From: an uncultured delta proteobacterium
GTDB taxonomy: Bacteria; Desulfobacterota; Binatia; UBA9968
Assembly: GCA_963755715.1 (NCBI GenBank)
Contig: CAVWLW010000052.1
Span: 32,001-96,000 of the forward strand
Direction: 5' to 3'
DNA: 64,000 nucleotides
Shown here: piece by piece, positions 32,169 through 42,870 of the stretch
How the letters are laid out: every line of letters starts with the position of its first letter
How positions within the stretch are numbered: position 1 is the stretch's first letter
Translations under genes and position numbers: made by a program
The notes under the pieces: model-generated
Told to the model about the DNA's origin: nothing
Databases searched by the model: none
The model's input: only the letters and a program-made list of their open reading frames with translations

Positions 32169-33401
32169 TTAACTAAAAAAATGCGGATTCTTAAACCGGT
32201 GCACTCTTGGAAAAGTCGCGGCGACGACGGCCAATACAAGCAACGTCGCCAAGCCGCCGGTCAAGGCGGACATTTGCGCGCCGAGCCAAGCGGCGACGAC
32301 GCCGGATTCAAACTGACCGAGCTGAGGACCGCTGCTGGTGAAAATGCTGTTGATCGACGACATGCGGCCGCGCAACTCGTCGGGCGTGCTCAGCTGGTTG
32401 ATCGTCGATCGAAGAATCGAGCTGATCGTGTCGCCGGCGCCGGTAAGCGCCAGCATGAGAAACGAAAACCAGAAGACCTGGGAGCCGGCGAACAGCATCG
32501 TGGCGACTCCGTAAATGGCGATACCGAGAAAAATCCAGCGGCCGCTGTGTCTTACGGGGCCGAACAGCGCCATGGCGCCGGCAGCCAGCAATGAACCGAC
32601 GGCGCGCGAGGCGTATAAAAGTCCGAGTCCTTTGGGCCCGACGAACAAAATGTCGCGCGCGTAGATCGGGAATAAGCCGCGCACGTTGCCAAAAAACGTC
32701 GCGCTGAAGTCCAAGATCATGAGTGGAAAAATCACGCCATGGGACCAGACGAATTGCAATCCTTCGCGGAGCGAATCGACGGAAATCGTCTTCCATCCTC
32801 CGCCTTCCGGTATCTTGGTCCGCAACAACCTGAGCGCGGCAAGCATCGCCAACCACGAGCAGGCGTCGACGGCGTAGCACGCGGCGGGTCCCCACAGAGC
32901 CAAGACCACGCCAGCCAAGGACGGACCGGCGATGATCGGAACGTAACGTTGCGTGCCTTGCAGCGCCAGGGCTTGGGCCAATTGCGCGCGCGGCACCAAG
33001 CTCGGGATCATCGATTGGCGCGACGGCTGCTCGAGCGAAGTGAAAAACGCCAAGAACACCGTTGCGACGTAGAGCATATGCGGCGAGGCCTTACCGGCAA
33101 AAGTCAACAGAGCCAGAAGAGTCGAAACGCAGAACAAGCCCAACTGGGTGCACATCATCAGCTTGCGCCGATTCATCGCGTCGGCGAGCAGACCGCCGAC
33201 GAGCAACAGCGCGATTTGCGGCAGCGCGCGCGCGACGCCGAGCAGACCGATCTGCAGCGCCGAGTTGGTCAATTCATAGATTTGCCAGGCCATCGCCACC
33301 GTAGTGAACTGCGTGCCGATGCTGGACAGAAACGAGCCGGTCCAGAACACACAAAAGTCGCGATGACGCAGCAGCGAAAGCCGGCTCTTGTCGTCATTCA
33401 T
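32169..33401 (-). CDS. MFS transporter (EntS/DHA3-like)
   Basis: LRHRDF..FW, GGLLADAMNRRK, TPDELRGR. Confidence 0.9.
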   Translation of the reverse strand: MNDDKSRLSLLRHRDFCVFWTGSFLSSIGTQFTTVAMAWQIYELTNSALQIGLLGVARALPQIALLLVGGLLADAMNRRKLMMCTQLGLFCVSTLLALLTFAGKASPHMLYVATVFLAFFTSLEQPSRQSMIPSLVPRAQLAQALALQGTQRYVPIIAGPSLAGVVLALWGPAACYAVDACSWLAMLAALRLLRTKIPEGGGWKTISVDSLREGLQFVWSHGVIFPLMILDFSATFFGNVRGLFPIYARDILFVGPKGLGLLYASRAVGSLLAAGAMALFGPVRHSGRWIFLGIAIYGVATMLFAGSQVFWFSFLMLALTGAGDTISSILRSTINQLSTPDELRGRMSSINSIFTSSGPQLGQFESGVVAAWLGAQMSALTGGLATLLVLAVVAATFPRVHRFKNPHFFS

Positions 33402-33699
33402 AGTTCGATAAATTGACGCGGTGACAGGCGATGGATCGAGCATATCTCAGAACCAGTCGCGGCTTTGCGATTCGGCCCTTCAATCCTACGCTGAACACGC
33501 GTTGCCGTGTTCTTATATCAAAGGTGGCTCAACGACAAACCGAGACACAGCCGGGCAGAACGATCATCGAAAAAATTTACCGCGCGAGTTTCTCTTGACG
33601 ATTTATGTTGATTGGACCTATGCTCCGGCCAACTAATCCGCGTCTGCTTGCGATTCTCTCATGGGTGATTTGAGCTCAATCCAGAAAGGAAGAATGCAA

Positions 33700-34839
33700 A
33701 TGGCAAACAAAATTGTGTCGGCTGATGGGCATATGGACTTATTCTATCTTCCTGCCGATACGTTTACCTCGCGTGTATCTGCTCGGATGCGAGATCGAGT
33801 GCCTCGGGTGATCGATAACGAGGGCAAGCCGACCTGGGTAGGAGATGGCGCGAAGATGGGCGCGCACGCCGCCTGGATGGGACGGGGACAAATGACGACT
33901 CACCGCGGTCGGCGCATGGCCGAAGCAGGCTGGCAACCGAGTCATCCGCCCGATCCCAAACTGAGACTCGCGGATCTCGATATGGACGGCGTCGAAGCCG
34001 AAGTGATCTACGGCATTCGCTTCATCGAAGACAGCATCAAAGACCCCGAGGTGATTGCCGCCACCTACCAGGCCTATAACGATTTCATTGCGGAGTTTTG
34101 TTCTTACAATCCAAAACGCTTCATCGGTATCGCCAATATCCCGGCGTCCTCGGCTGAGTCGGCGAGCGCAGAGCTGCGCCGGGTCGGCAAGCAAGGCTTG
34201 GGCTTGCGCGGCGCGATGATCGATTGGTTCAACGGCCCTGAGCCGATTTGGCACACCATGTGGGAGCCCATGTGGACAGCGGCGGAGGAAAACGACGTGG
34301 CCTTGTCGTTCCATATCGGTGTCGGCCACGGCACGACGACCTGCGGGCCGATCAGCGTCGAACAGAAACTCAAGGGAGATTTGCCGCGAGTTTCTCAAGC
34401 GACGCATCAGGCGGTTGTCGCCATGCAGGCCGACGAGTGCCTCGTGGCGATACTTTTGTGCGGCGCCTTGGAGCGGCATCCTGGGCTCAAAGTGGTAATG
34501 GCGGAGAGCCACATCGGCTGGATTCCCTACGTCCTCGAACGCCTCGAGATGAAATACAAAGAAGGCATGTATGACGATTTGATCAGCACGAAACCGAGCG
34601 AGCTATTCAAGCGCCAAATGTGGGCGACGTTTCAAGACGACAGAGTCGGCGCGCTCTTGGCAAAAGACTACGGCGCCGAGAGCTTCTGTTGGGCGTCCGA
34701 TTATCCCCATGCCGACGGTATTTTCCCCGACTCGCAGAGTTTCATCCGCGATACCATGGGTCATCTGGATGACGATCTGCGCCGGAAGCTTACGTTCGCC
34801 AACGCGGTCAGGCTCTACGGCATGGATTGGCTGCTCTAA
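33700..34839 (+). CDS. Amidohydrolase_2 family protein
   Basis: SADGH, AYNDF, FHIG, AESHIGW, WASDYPH. Confidence 0.9.
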   Translation: MANKIVSADGHMDLFYLPADTFTSRVSARMRDRVPRVIDNEGKPTWVGDGAKMGAHAAWMGRGQMTTHRGRRMAEAGWQPSHPPDPKLRLADLDMDGVEAEVIYGIRFIEDSIKDPEVIAATYQAYNDFIAEFCSYNPKRFIGIANIPASSAESASAELRRVGKQGLGLRGAMIDWFNGPEPIWHTMWEPMWTAAEENDVALSFHIGVGHGTTTCGPISVEQKLKGDLPRVSQATHQAVVAMQADECLVAILLCGALERHPGLKVVMAESHIGWIPYVLERLEMKYKEGMYDDLISTKPSELFKRQMWATFQDDRVGALLAKDYGAESFCWASDYPHADGIFPDSQSFIRDTMGHLDDDLRRKLTFANAVRLYGMDWLL

Positions 34840-34869
34840 GAGGGCATTGACACGAAGCGAGCAGGCGCG

Positions 34870-35904
34870 GTGTCGCTTTCATTTAAGAAGATATCGCTCT
34901 GGGTATTCGTGGCATTGGTCGCGCTGCTTTGCGAGACGCGCGCACGCGGCGCCTCGGACGAATTGGTGAAAACGGCGACCAAAGAAGCCAGCCTGATGAT
35001 CTATGGGACGACTCAAATCGACCATATGCACGCGTTGATGAAACACTTCAACGAAAAATACCCCGCGATCACAGCCAACTATCACCGTCAGGGCACCACC
35101 GCCGTGTACGAAAGAATTCTTCGAGAGCAGCGCGCCGGATTGTTCAGCGCGGACGTTTACGGCGGAATCGGCGGGCTCCAAGCCTGGCTTCTCGCTCAAA
35201 AAGGCGCGCTGACGCCGTACTCGTCGCCGGAACGAGCTACGATCAGCAACAACCTCAAGGACAAAGACGGCTACTGGACCGCCGCCTACACGGTGAGTTT
35301 CGTGAGCGCGTTTCACGCCCGGCAGGTGGCGCGGGCGGAAGCGCCGCGCGCCTACGAGGACTTTCTCTTGCCCAAATGGAAAGGGAAGATGTGGTTGAAC
35401 GAAGATGATATCGAGTGGTACGCGACCATGTTCGAGATCATGGGCAAGGAAAAAGGATCTCAGTTCATGCGCCGGCTGGCGCAGCAGGATCTGCGCTACG
35501 GCAGAGACCCGAGCTTGGCCATCGAACTCTTGTGCGCCGGCGAATTTCCGCTGATGATCGGCATTCACTTCCATCACACCGAAAGGCTCAAGCAAAAGGG
35601 TTGTCCGCTCGACTGGGTGGTCACCGAGCCGGGATATAATCGTCCTCCGATCGCGATCGCGCTAGCGAAGAATGCGCCCCATCCCGGCGCCGGCAAGTTG
35701 TTCATCGATTTCATTCTGTCACGGGACGGCCAGAAGGCTGTTCAAAACGTGGCGCTGCGTTATCCGGTCCGCTCGGATGTCGAGCTGAGCGGTGAGCTTC
35801 TCAAGCTCAAAGGAATTCGCTTTTGGGATGCCAACTGGGATGCGGTCTTTCGCAACATCGACAGCTATCAGAAATCATTTCGTCAAACATTCGGTATCAG
35901 CTGA
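34870..35904 (+). CDS. Extracellular solute-binding protein (Fe3+/thiamine-type ABC SBP)
   Basis: DFLLPKWKGK; APHPGAGKLFIDFILS. Confidence 0.88.
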   Translation: MSLSFKKISLWVFVALVALLCETRARGASDELVKTATKEASLMIYGTTQIDHMHALMKHFNEKYPAITANYHRQGTTAVYERILREQRAGLFSADVYGGIGGLQAWLLAQKGALTPYSSPERATISNNLKDKDGYWTAAYTVSFVSAFHARQVARAEAPRAYEDFLLPKWKGKMWLNEDDIEWYATMFEIMGKEKGSQFMRRLAQQDLRYGRDPSLAIELLCAGEFPLMIGIHFHHTERLKQKGCPLDWVVTEPGYNRPPIAIALAKNAPHPGAGKLFIDFILSRDGQKAVQNVALRYPVRSDVELSGELLKLKGIRFWDANWDAVFRNIDSYQKSFRQTFGIS

Positions 35905-35915
35905 GGGGAATAAGA

Positions 35916-36953
35916 ATGTATATCGACTGCGACTCACATTATTTTCCAGTTAAATTTTTAGAAGGAGTCAGCGCGAAATATCCGCACTCGCCGCGCGTGG
36001 TCAAAAACGGCGACGATGTAAGATCGGTTTTGCCGGACGGCACGCTGATCAAAAACCAGGCGCCCAAAGGGCGCTGGCATTTGGATACACGCGATCAGCA
36101 TGTCGACTGGGAAGGATTCGACGTCCACGTGCTGATCCCGGAGAACCGCGAGCTGCTTTACACCTGGGACCGCGAACTGGGTTGCGAGCTTGCCCGCGCG
36201 TACAACGACGCCGTCGCCCAGGACTTAAAAGAATGCGCCCATCCGGAGAAGTACATCGGCGTCGCCTGGGTTTATCTTCCAGACGTCGAGGAGTCGTGCC
36301 GCGAGATCGATAGAGCGGTTAAAACCCTTGGTCTCAGGGCCGTGAAGTTCATGGGTGGGTTCGAGAACGCCAATCTCGGCGCGGAGAAACTCTGGCCGCT
36401 CTACGATAAGATCTGCCAGCTCGATATTCCGGTATTGGTGCACGACACCGCTTCGGACCGCGACGGCCATCCCAATCCGGCGTTGGTCGGCATCGAACAG
36501 TTATTTTTAGAAGCCGATAACAACGCGCTGGCCTTCCTGTTGGCTTTTCCGTTTCGCTACATGGTGGATATCGGCAGTCTGATCTTGCGCGGCGCCTTGA
36601 AAGAATTTCCCAAACTGCGGATCTGCTTCGTCGAGGGATCGGGGGCGTTCGTGCCCTGGCTGATGGAGCGGCTCGATATGGACGTCAAAGCCAAGGCCAG
36701 ACTGGGCAAACTTCCGAGTGAGTTCTTCAATCAGATCTGGGTGTCAGCTTTCGCGGCGGAAACTTCGCTTAAATACGTTTGCGATTTCTGGCCCGATCAC
36801 AACCTCACCGTCGGCAGCGACTATCCGCATGGCGATCCATCCGCGACTTGGAACGTCGGCACCGTGAAGATGATAAAAGAGCTAAAGGGGATGTCGGACG
36901 CCGACAAGGAGAAGATTCTCGGCGGCAACGCCATGCGGCTATTCGGCATGTAG
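35916..36953 (+). CDS. Amidohydrolase_2 family protein (ACMSD-like)
   Basis: IDCDSH, AYND, VLVH, GSDYPH, ILGGNA. Confidence 0.9.
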   Translation: MYIDCDSHYFPVKFLEGVSAKYPHSPRVVKNGDDVRSVLPDGTLIKNQAPKGRWHLDTRDQHVDWEGFDVHVLIPENRELLYTWDRELGCELARAYNDAVAQDLKECAHPEKYIGVAWVYLPDVEESCREIDRAVKTLGLRAVKFMGGFENANLGAEKLWPLYDKICQLDIPVLVHDTASDRDGHPNPALVGIEQLFLEADNNALAFLLAFPFRYMVDIGSLILRGALKEFPKLRICFVEGSGAFVPWLMERLDMDVKAKARLGKLPSEFFNQIWVSAFAAETSLKYVCDFWPDHNLTVGSDYPHGDPSATWNVGTVKMIKELKGMSDADKEKILGGNAMRLFGM

Positions 36954-37017
36954 CTCCATTCGGTGATGAAGTCTCAATGAGGAGGATCTTGGGCGGAAGC
37001 AACTTGACGGAGGAATA

Positions 37018-38049
37018 ATGGCGCCTTCGATAGGTAATTTATTTGCGATCTTTTTGACGCTCGCTTTACTCCCATTCGAGGTCGGGTTTGAAATAGCCGC
37101 CGCTCTCGCCGGGCCGAAAATTGCCATCTCCTTCGCCGGCATCAACCCGCGGCAGACGCCGCTTTGGATCGCGCAGGAACAGGGATTCTTCTCAAAGCAT
37201 GGTGTGGATGCCGATGTCGTATTCATTCGCACGGGTCCCATTCAAGTCGCCGCGGTCAGCTCGGGCGCGACTCAACTTGCTTATGCAGGGCCGGCATCGA
37301 TTCTCGGCGCGGCGAGCAGCGGCACTGATTTGAGGATGATCGCGTCGTTCACGAATCGTTTAACCTATACCATGATCGCCAGGCCCGAACTCAAAAAAGC
37401 GGAAGACCTCCGCGGTAAGCGTTTCGGCGTCCAAGCGATCGGTGGGTCGGTGTGGATGGGCGCGGTCTTGGGACTGGAATATCTCGGACTCGATCAACGG
37501 CGCGACAACATCAATATTCTAAATATCGGCGATCAAACTGTGTTGGCCCAGGCGATGGAGTCCGGCACGATCGATGTAACCGTGCTTGACGGTGTCTTCA
37601 GCCGCCGGCTCAAACAAAAAGGCTTTTCGGTCATCGCCGAGCTTTCGGAAACCAAGATCCCCTACGTCAGCAACGTGATCGTCGGCACGCGCGCGTTATT
37701 CCAGCAACAACCGGAGCTGGCCGAAAATATCCTAAAGGCATTGCTAGAGAGTTTGGCGTTTATCCTCGCGCCGCCGAACAAGGCCGCCGTCGTGAACACG
37801 ATCATGAAGCGGCTAAAAATTACCGACAGTTCGGTAGCGGAGCAGGGATATCGAGACCTGGTGCAAATCAGCGATCCAAAGCCTTATGTGTCTCTCGACG
37901 GGCTACGCAACATCCAACGTCTGATCAAAATACAAAACCCGATCGTCGGCAACGTCAAAGTCGAAGATTTGATCGATAACCGGCCATTGAAAAAATTGGA
38001 GGATAGTGGCTTCATCCAAAAGACTTTTAGCGCCTACGGAATGAAGTAG
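37018..38049 (+). CDS. ABC substrate-binding protein, NMT1/SsuA-like
   Basis: PLWIAQEQGFFSKHGVD; LRGKRFGVQAIGG. Confidence 0.9.
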   Translation: MAPSIGNLFAIFLTLALLPFEVGFEIAAALAGPKIAISFAGINPRQTPLWIAQEQGFFSKHGVDADVVFIRTGPIQVAAVSSGATQLAYAGPASILGAASSGTDLRMIASFTNRLTYTMIARPELKKAEDLRGKRFGVQAIGGSVWMGAVLGLEYLGLDQRRDNINILNIGDQTVLAQAMESGTIDVTVLDGVFSRRLKQKGFSVIAELSETKIPYVSNVIVGTRALFQQQPELAENILKALLESLAFILAPPNKAAVVNTIMKRLKITDSSVAEQGYRDLVQISDPKPYVSLDGLRNIQRLIKIQNPIVGNVKVEDLIDNRPLKKLEDSGFIQKTFSAYGMK

Positions 38050-38142
38050 CTGCTGTTGATAGTGAAGGATTCGAGTCTAAATATTGTGCATGGTCGCGCT
38101 TAGTTAGTATTTCTCGATACCGGAGAAAAGGATCCCAATCAT

Positions 38143-38412
38143 TTGCCTAAATACAATCCTCGACTGCAGAAGACAATTTTTGACGTGATCGATAACCAAA
38201 TTAAAGGGAACGATCCTCCGGAAACGCGCGAGACGTTTAATCGGCTTGTGCGCGAAGGGCACTCGAAGACCGAGACGAGAAAGTTAATCGGGTGTGCTAT
38301 CGCCGTGGAGCTCTATGATATCATGAAACACCAGAAGCCTTTTGACCGAGAACGGTTCGTCGGCAATCTCACAAGACTACCCGAACTTCCGTTCGATGAT
38401 GAGGAGGAGTGA
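38143..38412 (+). CDS. Small helical hypothetical protein
   Basis: AGGA RBS and TTG start; V.NQ..NDPPET..T..RL pattern of a conserved unknown family. Confidence 0.7.
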   Translation: MPKYNPRLQKTIFDVIDNQIKGNDPPETRETFNRLVREGHSKTETRKLIGCAIAVELYDIMKHQKPFDRERFVGNLTRLPELPFDDEEE

Positions 38413-38427
38413 GAAGCGACGAGTTAG

Positions 38428-38565
38428 CTACTTGCCCATGAGCTTATTCATGCGGGCGACGAGATCCTTCGATTGCGCCACGAATTCTTTTGCCAAGTCT
38501 TCGGGTTCTTGGCGCGTCGTTGGATTGATCTCAAAGGCGGTCTTAAATACGCCGAACGGTTTCAA
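38428..38565 (-). pseudogene. Possible C-terminal remnant of a Bug/TctC-like binding protein
   Basis: Translation FEINPTTRQEPEDLAKEFVAQSKDLVARMNKLMGK*, in frame right after the LVIVD gene stop; family assignment is pattern recognition only. Confidence 0.35.
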
Positions 38566-38571
38566 CCGCGA

Positions 38572-39708
38572 TCACACTTCGCTTTCGAGAATCTCCAATC
38601 CGTCCAGACGATCGATCAAATAAAGCAAACCATTGTCGGCGCGGAAGATATCGTTGCTCTTGACGGTCTTTTGTCCGCGGCCGGGAGCCGGCACATAGCT
38701 ACCGATCTCGGTCGGGATATAGGGATTGCTGATGTCTATGACGCGCAGGCCGCCGCTGAACCAGGTGACGAACATTTTGTTGTCGTAGACTTGTTCGGCG
38801 GGTTGGTGCGCGCCGTATTGATGGCCCGGTTCGATGCTGTGAGCTTCCGCTGTGTTGAATGTCGAGATCGGCACCGGACGGGTTTCTTCCGTGATATCGA
38901 CCATCCACATAAATGCATACGGCATCGGCGCGCGCTTGCCCGCTTCTTCGTCGGTTACGACCATGACATCGCGGTTCATGAGCTTCCACGGGATCGGCAA
39001 GGTCGTGTGGATAGGCGAGGGGTAGGGGGGCGACCAGTTGAGGCCGCTGATGAATTTCGGACGGCTCATGTCGACGATATCCAGGATCACGAAACCGCCG
39101 TGCCAGTAGCTCGTGTAGAGCCGGTCGCCGCGCCGGATTGGGTGGTGGCACTGATGCGCGGTGCCTTCCCACGACGGTGTCTCGCCGCCGCCGATCCACT
39201 GACCGGGCATCCACCATCTTCCGACTTCTTCCGGATGCGTGGGATCCTTGAGATCCAGGATCATCGGGATGCGCCCGACGTATCCTTCCATGTGCACCGA
39301 GATATAGGCGTAGCGGCCATCGAAGGTAAAACGGTGAACGCCCCCGTTGGTTTCGAAGAACGCGATCTCTTTGGGCCTTTCCCGGTTGGAAATGTCGTAG
39401 ACTTTGAGTCCGGTAGGCTGCTTCTCTTTGCTCCGGTATCTTTCCAGATTCACGAGCATAATGTCGCCGCTGACGCGCACCTTGTGTGAATGCACGCCCT
39501 GGGGAATTTCAATCTCCGCGATAACTTTCGGGTGCTTCGGGTCTTTCACGTCAAGAATCGACGTGCCATGCGGCGGATCCATGTGACCGACGAATGCATA
39601 GCCGTTCTCGACGACGACTTGCCCGCCCCCCGCTACGTCGGTTCGGCCGATCAGTTTTACATTTTTCCGAATACCGAACTGAGGAGCGTTTCCGTTCCCT
39701 TCACTCAT
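38572..39708 (-). CDS. LVIVD-repeat beta-propeller protein
   Basis: Repeated ILDVKDP, VYDISNR, ILDLKDP, ILDIVDM, VIDISNP units with multiple His. Confidence 0.88.
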   Translation of the reverse strand: MSEGNGNAPQFGIRKNVKLIGRTDVAGGGQVVVENGYAFVGHMDPPHGTSILDVKDPKHPKVIAEIEIPQGVHSHKVRVSGDIMLVNLERYRSKEKQPTGLKVYDISNRERPKEIAFFETNGGVHRFTFDGRYAYISVHMEGYVGRIPMILDLKDPTHPEEVGRWWMPGQWIGGGETPSWEGTAHQCHHPIRRGDRLYTSYWHGGFVILDIVDMSRPKFISGLNWSPPYPSPIHTTLPIPWKLMNRDVMVVTDEEAGKRAPMPYAFMWMVDITEETRPVPISTFNTAEAHSIEPGHQYGAHQPAEQVYDNKMFVTWFSGGLRVIDISNPYIPTEIGSYVPAPGRGQKTVKSNDIFRADNGLLYLIDRLDGLEILESEV

Positions 39709-39823
39709 GATTTTGTCTCCTGTTCTGCTGGATAGGCCCTTCTATCAATCTGAAGGCAAAGCGGTCAACCTAGGTAGCAAGTCAGCAAGAGCTCGTTATT
39801 TGCCATTAGGTTGTGGTTTGTTT

Positions 39824-39854
39824 GGAAAGATCTCTCACTTTGTTCGAGATGACA
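39824..39854. repeat. REP-like element (GAAAGATCTCTC...TCGAGATGACA)
   Basis: Near-identical to the right arm of 58556-58638. Confidence 0.7.
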
Positions 39855-40002
39855 AATCTCTTAATTTGGGAGCAAGGAATCTTTTTCGATGGGTGAGCCT
39901 CATGGCGGGTTCAAAACCACTACCGAAAACCGCCGTGGCTTTACCGAAAAAAATAATTGTTATAGGCTGCGAGCGATTGAAAACTATTGAGAGCAAAGTG
40001 CC

Positions 40003-41682
40003 ATGGCAAAAAAGAAATTAGCGGTCGCCCAGGACGAATCGGCAATCCCAGCGCGCGGCTATCCCGATCTGCACGATCACTTGAGGCAGCTTGAACGCGA
40101 AGGTTTGTTGATCCGCGTCAAGGAGCCGGTGGATAAAGACCAGGAAATGCATCCGTTAGTGCGCTGGCAGTTCCGCGGCGGCATCAAAGAGAAAGACCGC
40201 AAGGCGTTTTTGTTCGAGCAGCCGGTGGACGCGAAAGGCAAGCAGTACGACATTCCCGTCGCGATCGGTATTCTGGCGGCGAACCGGCGCATCTACGGCA
40301 TCGGTCTCGGCACCGATCCGACAAAAGTAAATCAGCTCTGGGCCCAGGCGAAAACGAATCCGGTTCAGCCGGTGGAGATTCCATCCGAGGCCGCGCCCGT
40401 GCACGAAATCGTCACCCTCGGTGAAGAATTAAAAAAAGCCGGCCAAGGCTTGGATAGTATTCCGGTGCCGATTTCCACGCCGGGTTGGGACAACGCGCCC
40501 TATATCAGCGCAGCGCACTATATTACCAAAGATCCCGATAGCGGCATTCACAATATTGGGACTTACCGCGCCATGATCAAGGCGCGCGATCGGGTCGGCT
40601 GCAATCCATCGCTCGAATTGGGGCAAGGCATCTACGTCCATTGGGAAAAGTACCGCGCGCGCAAGGAGAAGATGCCCGCTGCGCTCTGCATCGGGGGGGT
40701 GCCCGCGATTTCTTATGTCGCAGCCCAGAAGCTTGCCTACGATGTCGACGAGTTCGCCGTCGCCGGCGGGCTGGTGAAAGCGCCGATTCGAATTGTCCAG
40801 GCGAAGACAGTGCCGTTAATGGTTCCCGCCGACGCGGAGATCATCATCGAAGGTTTTGTTTCGACGGAATACCTCGAACCCGAAGCGCCCTTCGGCGAAT
40901 CCCACGGCCACGTCAATCCGAAGGAATACAACCCCTACATGGAAGTCACCGCGATCACGCGGCGCAAAAAAGCGATTCTCTGCTCGATCATCAGCCAGGT
41001 GACGCCGTCGGAGTCGAGCGTGATCAAGAAAATGGCCTACGAGCCGCTTTATCTCGACCATTTGAAAAATACTCTCGGTATCAACTGCGTTACCCGCGTG
41101 ATGTTGCACGAGCCGCTGACGGCGACGCAAAAGCTGACCGTGATTCAAATGCGCCAGCCCAGCCAAGCCGAAGTTTGGCGTGCCTTGATGGCGGCGGTTA
41201 CCTTCCGTCCGGCGATGTCGAAGATCGTCATCGCCGTCGATGAAGATATCGATCCGGAAAATCTCGACGCGGTGTTCTGGGCGCTCGGCTATCGCTCGCA
41301 ACCGCACCGCGACGTGCAAATCATCCGCGGCACCGATATCGGCCACGCGCCGCGCCATGACGCGCGCGGTGGCGCGGACGATTCCTGCCTGCTCTGGGAT
41401 GCGACATTGAAAGAGACCTTTCCGCCGATTTCTTTACCCAAGCAAGAATACATGGAGCGCGCGCGCAAGCTTTGGGAAAGGCTCGAGCTGCCGAAGCTCG
41501 AGCCCGAGTCGCCCTGGTTCGGCTACTCGCTCGGCGATTGGAATTCGGAGCTCGACGAAGAAGCCAAGCTCGCCGTCGCCGGCGATTTCTGGCAGACCGG
41601 CGAAAAGATCGCTCGCGAGCGGAAATCGACCGACGAAGTCGCCGTGAATACGTCGTACTACGGTCAGCAAAAAAAGAAATAA
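40003..41682 (+). CDS. UbiD family (prFMN-dependent) decarboxylase
   Basis: NIGTYR, VPADAEIIIEG, EAPFGE, IAVDEDID. Confidence 0.92.
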   Translation: MAKKKLAVAQDESAIPARGYPDLHDHLRQLEREGLLIRVKEPVDKDQEMHPLVRWQFRGGIKEKDRKAFLFEQPVDAKGKQYDIPVAIGILAANRRIYGIGLGTDPTKVNQLWAQAKTNPVQPVEIPSEAAPVHEIVTLGEELKKAGQGLDSIPVPISTPGWDNAPYISAAHYITKDPDSGIHNIGTYRAMIKARDRVGCNPSLELGQGIYVHWEKYRARKEKMPAALCIGGVPAISYVAAQKLAYDVDEFAVAGGLVKAPIRIVQAKTVPLMVPADAEIIIEGFVSTEYLEPEAPFGESHGHVNPKEYNPYMEVTAITRRKKAILCSIISQVTPSESSVIKKMAYEPLYLDHLKNTLGINCVTRVMLHEPLTATQKLTVIQMRQPSQAEVWRALMAAVTFRPAMSKIVIAVDEDIDPENLDAVFWALGYRSQPHRDVQIIRGTDIGHAPRHDARGGADDSCLLWDATLKETFPPISLPKQEYMERARKLWERLELPKLEPESPWFGYSLGDWNSELDEEAKLAVAGDFWQTGEKIARERKSTDEVAVNTSYYGQQKKK

Positions 41683-41787
41683 AGTTTTGACCGCGCGCTT
41701 CGCGTCTGCATCAATCCCTCTTAGAAAGAAAGGAAAGAGGCGCTCTTGTCGAAGAGAATCTCTGCAAATCACCACGAGTTGTTTTAC

Positions 41788-41887
41788 TTCCCCCTTTTGA
41801 AAAAGGGGGATCGAGGGGGATTTGCTGACGTACAAAGTAGCGAGCGACTCGGAAAATCTCCCCTAGCCCCTCTTTGCTAAAGAGGGG
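41788..41887. repeat. Inverted pair of palindromic REP-like elements
   Basis: tcccccttttgaaaaagggggatcgagggggattt ... aaatctcccctagcccctctttgctaaagagggg. Confidence 0.8.
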
Positions 41888-41946
41888 TGTTCGGACATCA
41901 TGCGCTTGAAACATTGACAAACTTTATGATTCTCGAGGAGCGTTAG

Positions 41947-42870
41947 ATGGATTACAAAGCACTCAAATGGTCGGTGCACGATAACCCGAACAACCCTGGC
42001 GAGCCTTGCATCGGCGTCATCACGCTGAGTCGCCCCGAGAAACTCAACGCCGTCGATCCGCTCATGCGCCTTGAGCTCGATGCTTTGTGTAACGAGATCG
42101 CGCGCAACTCCATCATCAAGGTCGTGATCTTGACCGGAGAAGGGCGCGGCTTCTGCGCTGGCGGCGATCTTAAGTCCGAAGGCGACGTGCTCGGCGCCTT
42201 CGAAGGCTCCATGGGTATCACCGGCCCGTACAAGGAGATGGCGGAGTATTTTTTTAACGATCTGCGTCACCGAGTTTTGCAAAGCGCCATGCGCAAGCTC
42301 GAAGATTTGCCGCAAGTGACCATCGCCGCCATCAACGGCGCCGCGGTCGGCGTCGGCCTGGAGATGGCGACGCTCTGCGATATGCGCATCGCTTCGGACC
42401 GCGCGCGCTTCGGTGAAGTGGCCGTGCCAGCCGGCTTCGTGCCCGAAAGCGGCGGCGCGCGCAATTTGCCCAAGCTGATCGGCGTCGGCCGGGCGATGCG
42501 TCTGATTCTGACCGGCGAGATCATCGACGCCAAAGAAGCGCTGCGTATCGGTCTTGTCGAAGAAGTGGTGCCGGCTGCCAAACTTCTCGCTACGGCGTTC
42601 GCTCTTGCCGGGCGCATCGCGGCAAATCCGTATTTATCCGTGCGCCAAGCCAAGCGGTTGGTCAAAATGTATTGGAACTGGAACCGCACCGATGAAGGTT
42701 ATCAGCAGGAGCTCGACGCCGTGCTCGAAATTACCCGAACTAAAGACTGCCAAGAGGGCATGCGCGCCTTCGTGGAGAAGCGTCCGCCACGCTATACTGA
42801 TCCTTACGCTGCCGACTGGCCGTTTCCGAAAAAGAGCCCGGCAAAAAAACGAAAAAATAGCCAACGATGA
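41947..42870 (+). CDS. Enoyl-CoA hydratase/isomerase (PaaG-like residue pattern)
   Basis: RPEKLNA, FCAGGD, AAINGAAVGVGLE, VPESGG. Confidence 0.92.
   Translation: MDYKALKWSVHDNPNNPGEPCIGVITLSRPEKLNAVDPLMRLELDALCNEIARNSIIKVVILTGEGRGFCAGGDLKSEGDVLGAFEGSMGITGPYKEMAEYFFNDLRHRVLQSAMRKLEDLPQVTIAAINGAAVGVGLEMATLCDMRIASDRARFGEVAVPAGFVPESGGARNLPKLIGVGRAMRLILTGEIIDAKEALRIGLVEEVVPAAKLLATAFALAGRIAANPYLSVRQAKRLVKMYWNWNRTDEGYQQELDAVLEITRTKDCQEGMRAFVEKRPPRYTDPYAADWPFPKKSPAKKRKNSQR

Noticed and set aside
38473-39489. Long antisense or alternate-frame ORFs (e.g. 38473..39489, 57020..58123, 29069..30223, 27552..28412)
   Set aside because: These are shadows of well-supported genes in high-GC DNA and carry no recognisable motifs.
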